Part shown: piece by piece, positions 1-9,959 of the stretch
Numbering within the stretch: position 1 is the stretch's first letter
How the letters are laid out: the number at the start of each line of letters is the position of its first letter
Source of the DNA: a virus
Taxonomy: Duplodnaviria > Caudoviricetes
Strand: one strand, 5' to 3'
DNA: 64,000 nucleotides
Virus record (IMG/VR): IMGVR_UViG_3300029915_001170
Location: 1 to 64,000 of that record
Position numbers and translations under genes: made by a program
The notes under the pieces: model-generated
Told to the model about the DNA's origin: nothing
The model's database searches: none
What the model saw: only the letters and a program-made list of their open reading frames with translations

Positions 1-6
1 TCGGCT

Positions 7-1041
7 ATGAGTCCGAACGTCCCCGGCTGGCTGCAATATTTTGGCGACGGATCAAATGGCTCGAACACCAACGCCAGCGGCAACATGAGCGGCGAGTATA
101 ATTACACGACCTTCACCGTTCCTTATGGCAACACGGTGACGGTGAACTCTGCGGCAGGTTTGATCGTCCACGTATCCGGCGCCTGCACGATTGCAGGGAC
201 GATTGAAGCGAATGGCGCAATGGCTGGATATGGAAATGGCTACCCGATGGATAGCAGCGGTGGCGGTGGGTCGGGTGGTGGCACTGCTGCCGGTACTGCT
301 GGGCTACCCTATTACTACGCTACCAATATTGGTACGACTGGCGGTGGAGCGGCAGGAGCAGCAAACGGCGGAAACGGTGGAAATGGAGGTACGCTTTCCT
401 CCGGCCTTAAGCACAATTTCCTTGCCTTGGGAGCTGGGCTGGATGGCCTATATTCCTATGGCGGGGGTGGCAAGCAGGGAGGTAGCACAGGGGGAGCAGC
501 CGGAAATGGTGGAGCACCTGTCATCCTGATGTGCGCCTCGATAACGGGTACAGACGGCACTCACACGGGCATCATTGACGCGAGTGGAGGATACGGCGCA
601 CCTCCTGCTGCAAACTCTACAGGAGCAGGATCAGGTGGAGGCGGGGGTGTCGTAGTTCTTTCCTCGCAAGCTGCCGTTTCGACTTGGCCATCCATCTACA
701 CGGCTGGTGGTCCTGGGGGCCTGGTTACCGTGCCTGAGGCTGCGGCAACAAGCGGGACCTGCACGAGCCAGCCCAAAGCAACACTGGGCGTCACTTCCGG
801 GGCGCTGTCCAGTTGCACGGTGGTACAGGCTGGCGCAGGATGCGGCACAGGGACGAATGTAACTTTCAACATTCTGGGTGGCGGAGGGTCGGGCGGGACG
901 GTTACCCCGACGTGGAGCGGAGGCGCTTTGGCCTCTTGCACGGCGTCGGGCGGTTCCGGCTACACGGCGGCAACCTATACGACATCCGGAACGGGCGGAG
1001 ATGGCGGTGCTGGATGGAGCGCGGAGTTCCAAGGGTGGTAA
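7..1041 (+). CDS. Gly-rich tail-fibre/adhesin-like protein, probably 5'-truncated by the window edge
   Basis: Frame open from position 1; GGGGSGGG/GGNGGNGG runs; visibly more GC-rich than the downstream block. Confidence 0.6.
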   Translation: MSPNVPGWLQYFGDGSNGSNTNASGNMSGEYNYTTFTVPYGNTVTVNSAAGLIVHVSGACTIAGTIEANGAMAGYGNGYPMDSSGGGGSGGGTAAGTAGLPYYYATNIGTTGGGAAGAANGGNGGNGGTLSSGLKHNFLALGAGLDGLYSYGGGGKQGGSTGGAAGNGGAPVILMCASITGTDGTHTGIIDASGGYGAPPAANSTGAGSGGGGGVVVLSSQAAVSTWPSIYTAGGPGGLVTVPEAAATSGTCTSQPKATLGVTSGALSSCTVVQAGAGCGTGTNVTFNILGGGGSGGTVTPTWSGGALASCTASGGSGYTAATYTTSGTGGDGGAGWSAEFQGW

Positions 1042-1050
1042 GTTAACTCG

Positions 1051-1073
1051 GCGACACATGTACGGCGTGCCGC
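1051..1073 (+). promoter_or_regulatory. Conserved 5'-leader hairpin GCGACAC-N9-GTGCCGC, homologous to 23831-23853 (minus)
   Basis: Aligns by eye with GCGGCAC-N9-GTGACGC upstream of the paralogous start at 23817. Confidence 0.5.
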
Positions 1074-1089
1074 AAAAAAGGTTAAATAT

Positions 1090-4000
1090 ATGAAACGATT
1101 TCTCATAGCACTAGTATTCATGCTTCTTCCTTGTGTAGTCCACGCCCAAGCGTGGAGTGGACTACTTTATCCATATGGATCAGGAACTTGCACTGGCGCA
1201 ACCCCAACAGGATGCGCGGTTGATTGGAGCGTAGCAGGCATACCGGGAGGTATTCCTACAGCAACACAAGCAGGTAGCACCATTACATCTACAGGTAGTG
1301 ATCAAACCTCAGCTATAAACACGGCTTTAGCCGCTTGCGGTGGATCGGTAGGAGCCGAGAAATATGTTAATCTGGCTGCCGGTACTTTTGTGATCGCTGG
1401 TACATTAACGGTTCCAAGTTACTGCTACCTTAATGGGCAGGGCGCGAATTCAACAATTCTGAATTTTACAGGTTCAAGCGGCAATGGTGCGATTATCCTT
1501 GGCTCATCCTCATTCCCAAGTACAGCCAATGATACTGCGGTTACTAGCGGACTAACGGCCGGATCTACTAGTGTCACGGTAGCCAGTGCTACCAATATCT
1601 CAGTTGGTAAGTTACTCACAGTCACAGAATTAAACTCTCTTGGCAACAACGTAAATTCGACTGGTACTGAAGGCTTCTGCAACTTTTGCGATGTATATGG
1701 AGGTTATAGGTCAAGTGGGCAGACCGTTCTAGTAACCGGCGTGAGCGGGACCACAATCACCATTTCACCTGGGCTATACTGGACGTTTGGGTCCACGTTG
1801 CCTAGCTGGGCAACGTCGCATACATATTACCCTGGCGCGAACGTTACCAATGGTGGAAACATCTATCAGGAAACCGCGGCGCCTACAGGTTCAGGCGGTA
1901 ATGGACCTTATAATTGCACAAGCGGCACAGGGTCTTTTTCAACAACTTCCGACGGAACTTGTACCTGGACACTATACGGATCAGGAACAACTACCGCTCC
2001 CTTAGCAACACCATTTTCTCCGTCAGCAATACAAGCCGGAGTAGAGAATCTGCAAATATATACGACAAATGCAGGAACAACTACAAGCGTTGGTGTCGAT
2101 GTTCTTGGTTCGATGTGCGAAAATTGTTTTGTACACGGAGTCGAGGTAAATTACACCGATGCAGACTATTTTGATTTCCATTACAGCTACGGCGGAGAGG
2201 TTAGCAACAACTACTTCTCAAACGCTATTTTCCACCAGCCTGGTACTTACGATTCGACTGGTCAAATCGATTTCTACACCTCAAAAATGAAAATTGAAAA
2301 TAATATATGCGAAAGAGGACATGATTGCATAGTCATTGAACGAGGGCCATCTGGTAACGTAATCAGCTATAACTATACTCTAGGCGAATTTGATCAAAAT
2401 TCACCTAACTTTATGATAGGTGGTATCGATTTCCATGGAGCAAATCCAGAATTTAACTTGCTTGAAGGGAATGTGCTGACAACCATTGATCTCGACTCAA
2501 TTTGGGGATCTAGTACACGCAATACAGAATATCGTAACTGGGTAATCGGCAGTTCAGACAATGGGTATCCATTAGCAGCAGGGCGTAATACAGTTACCTC
2601 CGGAAGTACATTACAGGTTTGTAGCGCATTAACATCGGGACATACCTGTAATCCATTTCAGGGAGCTAGAGCATTTCAGGCTTCCACGCTTTCAATAGGA
2701 AATAATGCGTTAGGCAATGTAATCGGTGGCCCTGAGCAAGAAAATAATATTGGATATGGTCCTGGACCCGGAGTAGGCGTAACGCCTTATAATAGTGGTA
2801 CCGGACAAACCGACGCTGTACAATATCCTGTTAACAGAAGTTATGATAGCCTTGTATATGGATGGTCCTTCGGCTATTCTGAAGCGGCGGACGATGGGGT
2901 TACAGCACCGGGCAATGCGGCTGATTCGACACTGGCATACTCTAGTGCTACCTTACACGGAAACTACGGAAATATTTCTAGTGCAATCGTATGGAAAACT
3001 GGGCTTACACACACACTACCCGCGTCATTCTATTTGAGTGCTAAACCATCTTGGTGGGGTACGACACTTTCTTATCCGGCTATTGGACCGGATGTTACTG
3101 GCGGCAGTGGTCCTGGCGGCCATGCGGCTCTTATTCCTGCACAGGCCTGCTATGCAGCAATGGGCGGAACACCTGGTAATGCGGGATCTCCATTAACTTT
3201 TAACGCGGCATCTTGTTATAGTGCAGGCTTACCTGTTGCTGTCACCCCAACATTTTCACCGGTGGCGGGGACCTACACCAGTACCCAGAGTGTTGCTATT
3301 ACGTCAACCACTCCGGGAGCATCGATTTACTATACTACAGACGGAAGTACTCCAACAACAGCATCATCATTATACTCTACGCCTATTTCGGTATCAGTTT
3401 CCGAGACTATCCAAGCGCTTGCAGTAGCGTCTGGTTATACAAACAGTCCGGTAGGCTCGGCAGCCTTTGTTATTGGAACACCGGTGGCAGCATCGGCTAG
3501 TTTTTCTCCTGCAGCGGGAACATATACTTCTATTCAATTAGTTACAATTAGTAGTTCCACTACCGGTGCTACAATCTGGTATAATACAACCGGTACATTT
3601 ACTGGCTGCACTACCACAACTTGCACGGGTGCAACCCAAGTAACGGGTACGGTATCAGTTGCATCGTCGGAAACCCTCTATGCTATTGTTACCTACGCAG
3701 GATATACTAATTCTGCAATAACTTCCGCGGCCTATACAATTAACCTACCTGCGGCTGCTCTCCCAACATTAACCCCCGGAGCGGGAACATATGTTGGAAC
3801 ACAATCTGTTACTATTGCAAGTACAACCCCGGGGGCAATACTCTATTACACGACAGATGGTACAACCCCGACACCATCCTCAACTCTATACACGGGTGCT
3901 ATTTCGGTTACTGTATCAGAAACAGTAAAAGCAATTGCAATAGCTCCGGGATACTCAAATAGCGCGATAGCCACCGCCGCATATGTAATCAACCTACCTA

Positions 4001-4605
4001 CTGCGAGTGCGCCAACTTTTTCACCGGGAACAGCAACGTATACTTCGGTACAAACGGTGTCTATCTCTAGTGGAACATCTGGTGCTACAATCTGGTATAA
4101 TACAACCGGTACATTTACTGGATGCAATACCACAACTTGCACAGGAGCTACCCAAGTAACGGGTTCTGTTACCGTATCAACGACACAAACGTTGTATGCA
4201 ATTGCTACTAAAATTGGATACAATAACTCTTCAACGAGTTCGGCCGTCTATACTATTAACATCACGTCCACGACTGCAACTCCTATATTCAATCCAATAG
4301 CAGGCGTATATACTACTACACAAACAGTTATAATTACCGATTCAACTCCTGGCTCGATCATCTATTATACAACAGATGGCACGACGCCCACTACTAGTTC
4401 TACCGTTTATACGGGTGGTATTTTGGTGGGTACAACAAAAACCATTAATGCATTAGCGGCGGCTTCTGGATATAATAATTCCGCAATTGCCGCTGCCCCA
4501 TATATAATCACAACAACGCCGGGAAACTGTGCAATGACCTTAGGCGGGGGTGCAATAATTACATTAGGAATCAATGGCAGTATTACACTAAGCAATTGTC
4601 ATTAA
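1090..4605 (+). CDS. Secreted beta-helix (pectin-lyase-like) protein with five C-terminal Fn3-associated/chitobiase-C-terminal-like repeats
   Basis: Signal peptide MKRFLIALVFMLLPCVVHAQ; repeated PTFSPxAGTY...IYYTTDGxTPT units. Confidence 0.75.
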   Translation: MKRFLIALVFMLLPCVVHAQAWSGLLYPYGSGTCTGATPTGCAVDWSVAGIPGGIPTATQAGSTITSTGSDQTSAINTALAACGGSVGAEKYVNLAAGTFVIAGTLTVPSYCYLNGQGANSTILNFTGSSGNGAIILGSSSFPSTANDTAVTSGLTAGSTSVTVASATNISVGKLLTVTELNSLGNNVNSTGTEGFCNFCDVYGGYRSSGQTVLVTGVSGTTITISPGLYWTFGSTLPSWATSHTYYPGANVTNGGNIYQETAAPTGSGGNGPYNCTSGTGSFSTTSDGTCTWTLYGSGTTTAPLATPFSPSAIQAGVENLQIYTTNAGTTTSVGVDVLGSMCENCFVHGVEVNYTDADYFDFHYSYGGEVSNNYFSNAIFHQPGTYDSTGQIDFYTSKMKIENNICERGHDCIVIERGPSGNVISYNYTLGEFDQNSPNFMIGGIDFHGANPEFNLLEGNVLTTIDLDSIWGSSTRNTEYRNWVIGSSDNGYPLAAGRNTVTSGSTLQVCSALTSGHTCNPFQGARAFQASTLSIGNNALGNVIGGPEQENNIGYGPGPGVGVTPYNSGTGQTDAVQYPVNRSYDSLVYGWSFGYSEAADDGVTAPGNAADSTLAYSSATLHGNYGNISSAIVWKTGLTHTLPASFYLSAKPSWWGTTLSYPAIGPDVTGGSGPGGHAALIPAQACYAAMGGTPGNAGSPLTFNAASCYSAGLPVAVTPTFSPVAGTYTSTQSVAITSTTPGASIYYTTDGSTPTTASSLYSTPISVSVSETIQALAVASGYTNSPVGSAAFVIGTPVAASASFSPAAGTYTSIQLVTISSSTTGATIWYNTTGTFTGCTTTTCTGATQVTGTVSVASSETLYAIVTYAGYTNSAITSAAYTINLPAAALPTLTPGAGTYVGTQSVTIASTTPGAILYYTTDGTTPTPSSTLYTGAISVTVSETVKAIAIAPGYSNSAIATAAYVINLPTASAPTFSPGTATYTSVQTVSISSGTSGATIWYNTTGTFTGCNTTTCTGATQVTGSVTVSTTQTLYAIATKIGYNNSSTSSAVYTINITSTTATPIFNPIAGVYTTTQTVIITDSTPGSIIYYTTDGTTPTTSSTVYTGGILVGTTKTINALAAASGYNNSAIAAAPYIITTTPGNCAMTLGGGAIITLGINGSITLSNCH
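3565..4121 (+). repeat. 41-bp identical direct repeat (3565-3605 and 4081-4121) within duplicated Fn3-associated domains
   Basis: ggtgctacaatctggtataatacaaccggtacatttactgg occurs twice. Confidence 0.9.
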
Positions 4606-4613
4606 ACGATTGC

Positions 4614-4660
4614 TAGATAGAAAAGCAGTAAGAGTTAACCTCTTACTGCTTTTCTATCTA
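4614..4660. terminator. Bidirectional intrinsic terminator between convergent genes
   Basis: 21-bp perfect inverted repeat TAGATAGAAAAGCAGTAAGAG/CTCTTACTGCTTTTCTATCTA with a 5-nt loop. Confidence 0.8.
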
Positions 4661-4671
4661 ATAGTTTTCCT

Positions 4672-5772
4672 TTATATTTCAATATCTTCTCTGAAAGTAT
4701 CGGTTGATTTAGGTTCAATCAATTTCCAAATAGTTTCGGACACATCTTTACCATCGAGCAACCCAAATAAAATTGATGCATAATATTTGTGATCGGTCTG
4801 TAAGAAAAATGCAGCGATATCTTTTCGTGTACCTCCACTCGGTTTACGATCTAGAATTCGTTGAGCCACAAATAGTATTTTGTAGTAATCATTGGTTAAT
4901 TGTAAATTCCATTTATTCAACCAGGCCTTAAATTCGGTGGGGATAATTTCATCTGCTGCCCAAGCAAGAAGTTCTTCATTTTTTCCGTCTCGATGCATTT
5001 CCCAGATAGTATGCGGATTTAATCCCGTCAAAATTCGATGCAATTGGCAATAGGTTTCAAATTTAATTTTGACTTTGAACCCAGTTGAGTATGTTGCAAC
5101 ATATCCTTCCTGATTTCGAATATTTTCTGCTACGCAAGTTTTTAAGTCTTTAACGTGATCTTTAACCAACGGTAATTCATTCGCGATGCAGTATGATTTT
5201 AAATCCGAACGCGATAATTCCTTACCGGTTTCATTGTGAATTGCGCCTAGGGTTACAAGGCCTTCAAAATCGTATTGCACGACTATTCTATTTTCTGAAA
5301 AAATAACTTCGGTTAACAGAGTATAATCCCGCGGAAGTTTTAATCGGGGGTACTTTTTTTGCAGCCATTCGGTTGCCCAATGAGCCTGGTCTGATTCAAA
5401 TGAACCACGAGTTGCTACATAATTTTGGTTGTCCCACGAATACAGTATGCCTAACGATCCGTCCATTTTAGTCGTTAACAGGGGAACTCCAGGAGGAAGA
5501 TTAATCTCTAGAGTCTCGGGATGTCGTGCGTCATTTAAGTTCCAAAATTTCGCAAACGGTCTAGCAACAATTTCTGTCGTATCCGTACGGTAAATTAGAC
5601 CTCGGCAAGAATTCATTTCGGGACCCCAGACTAAATCCTTGCTAAATTGAGCGATCTGGGTATAATTCAAAATTGCCAGAGGAAATGTTGAATGAAATTT
5701 TCTCGAGATAAATCGATTCTTAATTAATTCTTCTAAGATATCGACATTCATAATTTGATCTAGTTTAACCAT
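4672..5772 (-). CDS. T4 Rnl1-like RNA ligase
   Basis: Motif I TKMDGSLG; CRGLI, VATRGSF, ENRIVV, EGYV, KVKIK. Confidence 0.9.
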   Translation of the reverse strand: MVKLDQIMNVDILEELIKNRFISRKFHSTFPLAILNYTQIAQFSKDLVWGPEMNSCRGLIYRTDTTEIVARPFAKFWNLNDARHPETLEINLPPGVPLLTTKMDGSLGILYSWDNQNYVATRGSFESDQAHWATEWLQKKYPRLKLPRDYTLLTEVIFSENRIVVQYDFEGLVTLGAIHNETGKELSRSDLKSYCIANELPLVKDHVKDLKTCVAENIRNQEGYVATYSTGFKVKIKFETYCQLHRILTGLNPHTIWEMHRDGKNEELLAWAADEIIPTEFKAWLNKWNLQLTNDYYKILFVAQRILDRKPSGGTRKDIAAFFLQTDHKYYASILFGLLDGKDVSETIWKLIEPKSTDTFREDIEI

Positions 5773-6136
5773 CGCAGTCGCTCTTTTCTATCGTTATGGT
5801 TTTATCTTCCATAATGACCGTTACCTTTAATTCCCCGTACATTAGCAATAACTCTTTAGCAAGAATACTTGCATGTTCGTAAATTTTTTCTGGTGTTGAT
5901 GGATACAAGGGATAATTAATTAAGCCTACGATAAATCCGGGTTCAAATCCATCTATATTTTTATCTGCCGAGCTAGTATAGATAAATTCCGTTGGTGTTA
6001 GCGATACGCATAAACCTTTTGAATCACAATAGTTATGCAAAATATCCCGAGCGGCATCCAATGTCTGAATCTTATCGGAATATGCCTCTCTGAGGCCAAC
6101 GAAAATATTTGCGGTAATTGAAGAACAAGTTTTCAT
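5765..6136 (-). CDS. Hypothetical phage protein
   Basis: Clean ORF, translationally coupled to the ligase gene. Confidence 0.7.
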   Translation of the reverse strand: MKTCSSITANIFVGLREAYSDKIQTLDAARDILHNYCDSKGLCVSLTPTEFIYTSSADKNIDGFEPGFIVGLINYPLYPSTPEKIYEHASILAKELLLMYGELKVTVIMEDKTITIEKSDCDG

Positions 6137-6151
6137 AGTTTTATTATAGCA

Positions 6152-6490
6152 TTATTCAGATAACTTTTCAAGCAAATTATGACCTAGTATTTCCTTTAAA
6201 ATTTCTGTCGCTTCATCCTGCCAATTCGGATTACTTACCCAAACGGTTGGCATTACTAATTCGTTATATCTATTTGGGTTAATAGTGATATGTTTTTCAG
6301 TGATCGATTCTATTATGCACACCTCAGAGACCTGCGTAAAGGTTGTTCCATAATTACCATCGTTTCCCCAGGTATATCCTAAAATTTTAAGTTTTAACCG
6401 CTGGTATTCGTCATAAATTATGGCAATTTCGTTTTCTATCTCTACACGATCGCGTATTGCAGCAAGAACTCGTTTTTCTAGTAAACACAT
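6152..6490 (-). CDS. Hypothetical protein, paralogue of 6716-7042, ends LLEKLSE
   Basis: Shared LGYTWG and ccccaggtatatcctaaa, WxSxxNW, C-terminal KLSE. Confidence 0.7.
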   Translation of the reverse strand: MCLLEKRVLAAIRDRVEIENEIAIIYDEYQRLKLKILGYTWGNDGNYGTTFTQVSEVCIIESITEKHITINPNRYNELVMPTVWVSNPNWQDEATEILKEILGHNLLEKLSE

Positions 6491-6706
6491 TTACACCAAA
6501 CTTTTTGAAAATTCCAGTGCATCCATTACCTGTTCGATTAACCCATATTCATTATTGCATGGGTATTCGACATAATCTCCATTCGGATCCATAAGATTAA
6601 CCCACCCAGAATCCCGTTCGACTTGTATGACTATGCGGTAGCCTTCGGGTAGTTCTTGAGCGCATCTCTGTAATTGTGCATCGAGTTGTAATGGGTCAAA
6701 AGTCAT
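6491..6706 (-). CDS. Hypothetical protein
   Basis: ORF with RBS in a tightly packed operon. Confidence 0.6.
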   Translation of the reverse strand: MTFDPLQLDAQLQRCAQELPEGYRIVIQVERDSGWVNLMDPNGDYVEYPCNNEYGLIEQVMDALEFSKSLV

Positions 6707-6715
6707 AATATTTTC

Positions 6716-7042
6716 CTATTCCGATAATTTTTCAATCAATACTAGATTTACTTCGTTGGTTATACCGAGCATCGCTTCAATTTTCCAATTTTCATCGCTT
6801 ATCCATCGAGTAGGAAAAATAAATTCACATCCCTGACCACTATTAACAGTGATAAATTTTAAATTCCATTTACGATTATATACTGGTCGAATAGTTGTAT
6901 CTTTTGAACGACGTCCAAACCCCCAGGTATATCCTAAATTTTTCAATTTAATTGCCTGCCATTCGGCGTAAATGTGTTCAATCTCTTTTTCGATTAACTC
7001 GGTATTTTCGGCAACAATTTTAACTACTTCTACGGGAATCAT
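6716..7042 (-). CDS. Hypothetical protein, ends LIEKLSE
   Basis: Paralogue of 6152-6490. Confidence 0.7.
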   Translation of the reverse strand: MIPVEVVKIVAENTELIEKEIEHIYAEWQAIKLKNLGYTWGFGRRSKDTTIRPVYNRKWNLKFITVNSGQGCEFIFPTRWISDENWKIEAMLGITNEVNLVLIEKLSE

Positions 7043-7044
7043 AC

Positions 7045-7377
7045 CTACTCCGACAATTTATCAATCAGTAATTTATTTTTCCGTCGTTTTAATTTCTTCC
7101 GAAGGCAATTTTTCCAATCCGGATTGTTAAGATAGGACACAGGAATTTTTAACGCACCTGATTTTCGAGCATTAATATAAATATCCGACTCTAATAATTC
7201 CATAGAAAGTACGTTTGCTTTTTGTTTTGAACTCCTGGCCCAAAAAGACGGTTTAACTAATCCAGTGCCTAGTTCTTCGATAAGTACATCTTGCCATTCA
7301 TCGTACAACGTTGCCGCATACGTCTTAATGGCAAGAAGATTTTTAATTGTTGTATTATATAAATCTTCAGAAATCAT
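7045..7377 (-). CDS. Hypothetical protein, ends LIDKLSE
   Basis: Distant paralogue (YDEWQ...NPDWK...KLSE). Confidence 0.65.
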   Translation of the reverse strand: MISEDLYNTTIKNLLAIKTYAATLYDEWQDVLIEELGTGLVKPSFWARSSKQKANVLSMELLESDIYINARKSGALKIPVSYLNNPDWKNCLRKKLKRRKNKLLIDKLSE

Positions 7378-8477
7378 TAGGACAGGTCCTCATCTGAAGA
7401 TTTATATTTTCGATTCAAAAATTTCAACGAAAGATTAAAACCACGGCGGGCGACTCTTGGCACTGCGGGAGTAATTACAATTCCCTCTCGAATATGCAAA
7501 CTTTTACCGGATACTGTTTCCATTCCGCCGCTTAGTTTTTCAAAAACACTGGGATCAAACGGTCCACGATATAAAATTGGCACCCAATACTTTTCAATAA
7601 ACGATTTACCGAACGTTGTTTCGATTTCATCAACCGATAACTCTCGTCCGTCGATTCGTATTCTAAAAAGTTTAATTGTCGGCTTATCTTGTCCGTACGA
7701 ATATCCAGGCTGACAAGGAATAACTTCCCCCACAAACTGAACATCAAAATTTTTAAGATCAATACTTTCGGGTTCTAATAGATCGCATTTTACTAGGTTG
7801 ATTAACCCAGAATTTTCTAATGCCTGCCAGTAAAGATTCTTTTCCGAGCGCTCTATTACTTGATCTCGCTCATTCATCCCCTTGCTAGTTACCCCGATTT
7901 CTCCTGTCTTTGAAAAATAGAAATTTCCCTGAGAACCGTGAATTTTTTCTGAAGTAATACAATCCTCACCAAATACAAATTCATCTGCAAACAGTCGAAA
8001 TTGTTCAACGTCGTGGTGGGCTGCTCGGGACCCGAAATTAACAGAGTCAAATGAATTAATAATTCCCGACATATTATATGGAATTACCGGCTGATATTTA
8101 TAGATTCCTAATTTTTCTGAAATATCCACATTAAGAGGGATATTCTCAACCGCATTCCATTCGGGGACGGTGGCAAGAACCCAATCAATTGGCAGAGTTA
8201 CTCCCTCACTTAATTCTCCACGCAGACGAACCTGTTTAACTCGATTATGTTCGGAACCGGTTAGATAACTAATACCGGTTGCTGAATTAACATATTCGCT
8301 TTTCAACGAATCCGGCAGAATTGCTCTCTCCGGCGCGAATACGATCACATCCCCATTTTGATATTGTCCCATACCAACAACAATTTGAAATTTGCCGGCT
8401 CGACCGATCTGCATACGATCTGCATTAGGGTGGGGCAGTAATTCAATCTTTGTCGCAAAGGTTTCCCAAATTGCCAT
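7377..8477 (-). CDS. Rnl2/DRB0094-family RNA ligase with N-terminal tRNA-binding OB-like domain
   Basis: PHPNADR N-terminus, RLRGELSEG, motif I SEKIHGS, GEV, REGIVI, LKFLN. Confidence 0.85.
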   Translation of the reverse strand: MAIWETFATKIELLPHPNADRMQIGRAGKFQIVVGMGQYQNGDVIVFAPERAILPDSLKSEYVNSATGISYLTGSEHNRVKQVRLRGELSEGVTLPIDWVLATVPEWNAVENIPLNVDISEKLGIYKYQPVIPYNMSGIINSFDSVNFGSRAAHHDVEQFRLFADEFVFGEDCITSEKIHGSQGNFYFSKTGEIGVTSKGMNERDQVIERSEKNLYWQALENSGLINLVKCDLLEPESIDLKNFDVQFVGEVIPCQPGYSYGQDKPTIKLFRIRIDGRELSVDEIETTFGKSFIEKYWVPILYRGPFDPSVFEKLSGGMETVSGKSLHIREGIVITPAVPRVARRGFNLSLKFLNRKYKSSDEDLS

Positions 8478-8541
8478 AAATACTCCTTATTTCTTAAATA
8501 CCATACTCGTCCGATTTCCAATTAATTAGCGGGTTTCTTAT

Positions 8542-9510
8542 TTAGAAATTTCCAATCGCGCCGCAATGTTCACAGGTTTTTTTCGAATCAACTCCCAAAT
8601 TTGGGCAGGTTAATGAATGATGAGGAGTTCCCCGAACAGGAATACACTTAATACCGTTGGCCCGCCATGCTTTTTCAACAACCTGATATCTGTCGTCGAT
8701 TGCCATTAGAATTTGTTCCTTTGACACAAGGCCGAGTAATTCGTTGAGAATTTCACTTTTTGCGATATAGTCATGTCTAGAATCCCAACCGTGCCGCATA
8801 AAGATATGATCAAATGGGATTTGATAAAAATTTAGCCAAGCAATAGTCGCGTCTCCGCATGTAGAATGTCTGCCTGATACAATTAAAATTGTATGATCTT
8901 TAGCTAATTCACGAACCCACGCAGCAATCAATGGATAAACTCTATCCTTCCCTACTGCATCTTCATCGTATGGACTACGGATTCCAGTAGAATTGGCAAG
9001 GGTACCGTCTACATCTACAAGCACAATCTTTTTATTGGGATCAAGTTGCAACCTGCCACTCTTAAGAAATTGGCGGCAAATTACAGCTCGGCCAACATGA
9101 GATTTACCGATACGGCCTTCATCATGCTGAATACAATCTTCAAGGCTTGTTTCCATTCGATGAATATACGAAGAAACTTTCATATTTGCAGCAATGTTTT
9201 GCAACCTTGAAACAGAACTTAAAGAAAGATGGGTATTGTCCAGCAAAACCGAATAGCCATTAGATAAAAAATGTCGAATTTGAAGCTCTTCAACGGCAGC
9301 AACATCTTTTTCCAACGAGGTATCGGATGAATGTAACATTGATCGAATATCATCTCGATTAATCCGCACAATTTTTCTTTCTCTGTGTTGGTCGATATAC
9401 TCACGCGCCCAAGTGCTCTTACCGCTTCCCGATTCTCCTTGAACGATGGTGAGAGTAACAGCCCCAGCAATGTGGGGATTGTTTGCGGCTGGCGATTTAT
9501 GTTGCTGCAT
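8542..9510 (-). CDS. pseT: Polynucleotide 5'-kinase/3'-phosphatase (T4 PseT-like)
   Basis: P-loop GESGSGKST plus NRDDIR; HAD motif DVDGTLA, VSGR, IDDR. Confidence 0.9.
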   Translation of the reverse strand: MQQHKSPAANNPHIAGAVTLTIVQGESGSGKSTWAREYIDQHRERKIVRINRDDIRSMLHSSDTSLEKDVAAVEELQIRHFLSNGYSVLLDNTHLSLSSVSRLQNIAANMKVSSYIHRMETSLEDCIQHDEGRIGKSHVGRAVICRQFLKSGRLQLDPNKKIVLVDVDGTLANSTGIRSPYDEDAVGKDRVYPLIAAWVRELAKDHTILIVSGRHSTCGDATIAWLNFYQIPFDHIFMRHGWDSRHDYIAKSEILNELLGLVSKEQILMAIDDRYQVVEKAWRANGIKCIPVRGTPHHSLTCPNLGVDSKKTCEHCGAIGNF

Positions 9511-9959
9511 ATTGTCTTAATTTCCTTTTCCGGAATAGTGAAAATCCTTCCGAAATCTAAATCGTTCTTTTTCTTACCGTTGCAAGTTGAGCACATTGTC
9601 TGTAAATTACCCAGAGCAGATGGCCCTCCCAATGATGCTGGAAAAATGTGATCCATAGTAAACAAAATTCCGTTCGCAGAATACACATTGAAATGGTATC
9701 CATTCGGAAGATTTGTTTTGTTGGTTTCTAGACTAGCATCCGTCGCAACGAGCCCACATTCACAACAAACGGGACTTCTTTTAATACATTGCAATCTGAT
9801 GGAACGTAATTTTCCACCATAATTTATGCCGTCGATATCGAAAATTTTACACCAATTTTTATGGGTTTGACCCTCGGTCGAATCCTTATCCATTAATGCA
9901 AATAATTCTTTCACAGGCATCTGAAGTGCAATCGAGGTAGTAACAAATTTTTTCCTCAC
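9219..9959 (-). CDS. HNH endonuclease
   Basis: CxxC and TMDHIFPASLGG...NLQTMCSTCNGKK; the 3' ~290 nt overlap the PNK gene out of frame. Confidence 0.8.
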   Translation of the reverse strand: MRKKFVTTSIALQMPVKELFALMDKDSTEGQTHKNWCKIFDIDGINYGGKLRSIRLQCIKRSPVCCECGLVATDASLETNKTNLPNGYHFNVYSANGILFTMDHIFPASLGGPSALGNLQTMCSTCNGKKKNDLDFGRIFTIPEKEIKTICSNINRQPQTIPTLLGLLLSPSFKENREAVRALGRVSISTNTEKEKLCGLIEMIFDQCYIHPIPRWKKMLLPLKSFKFDIFYLMAIRFCWTIPIFL

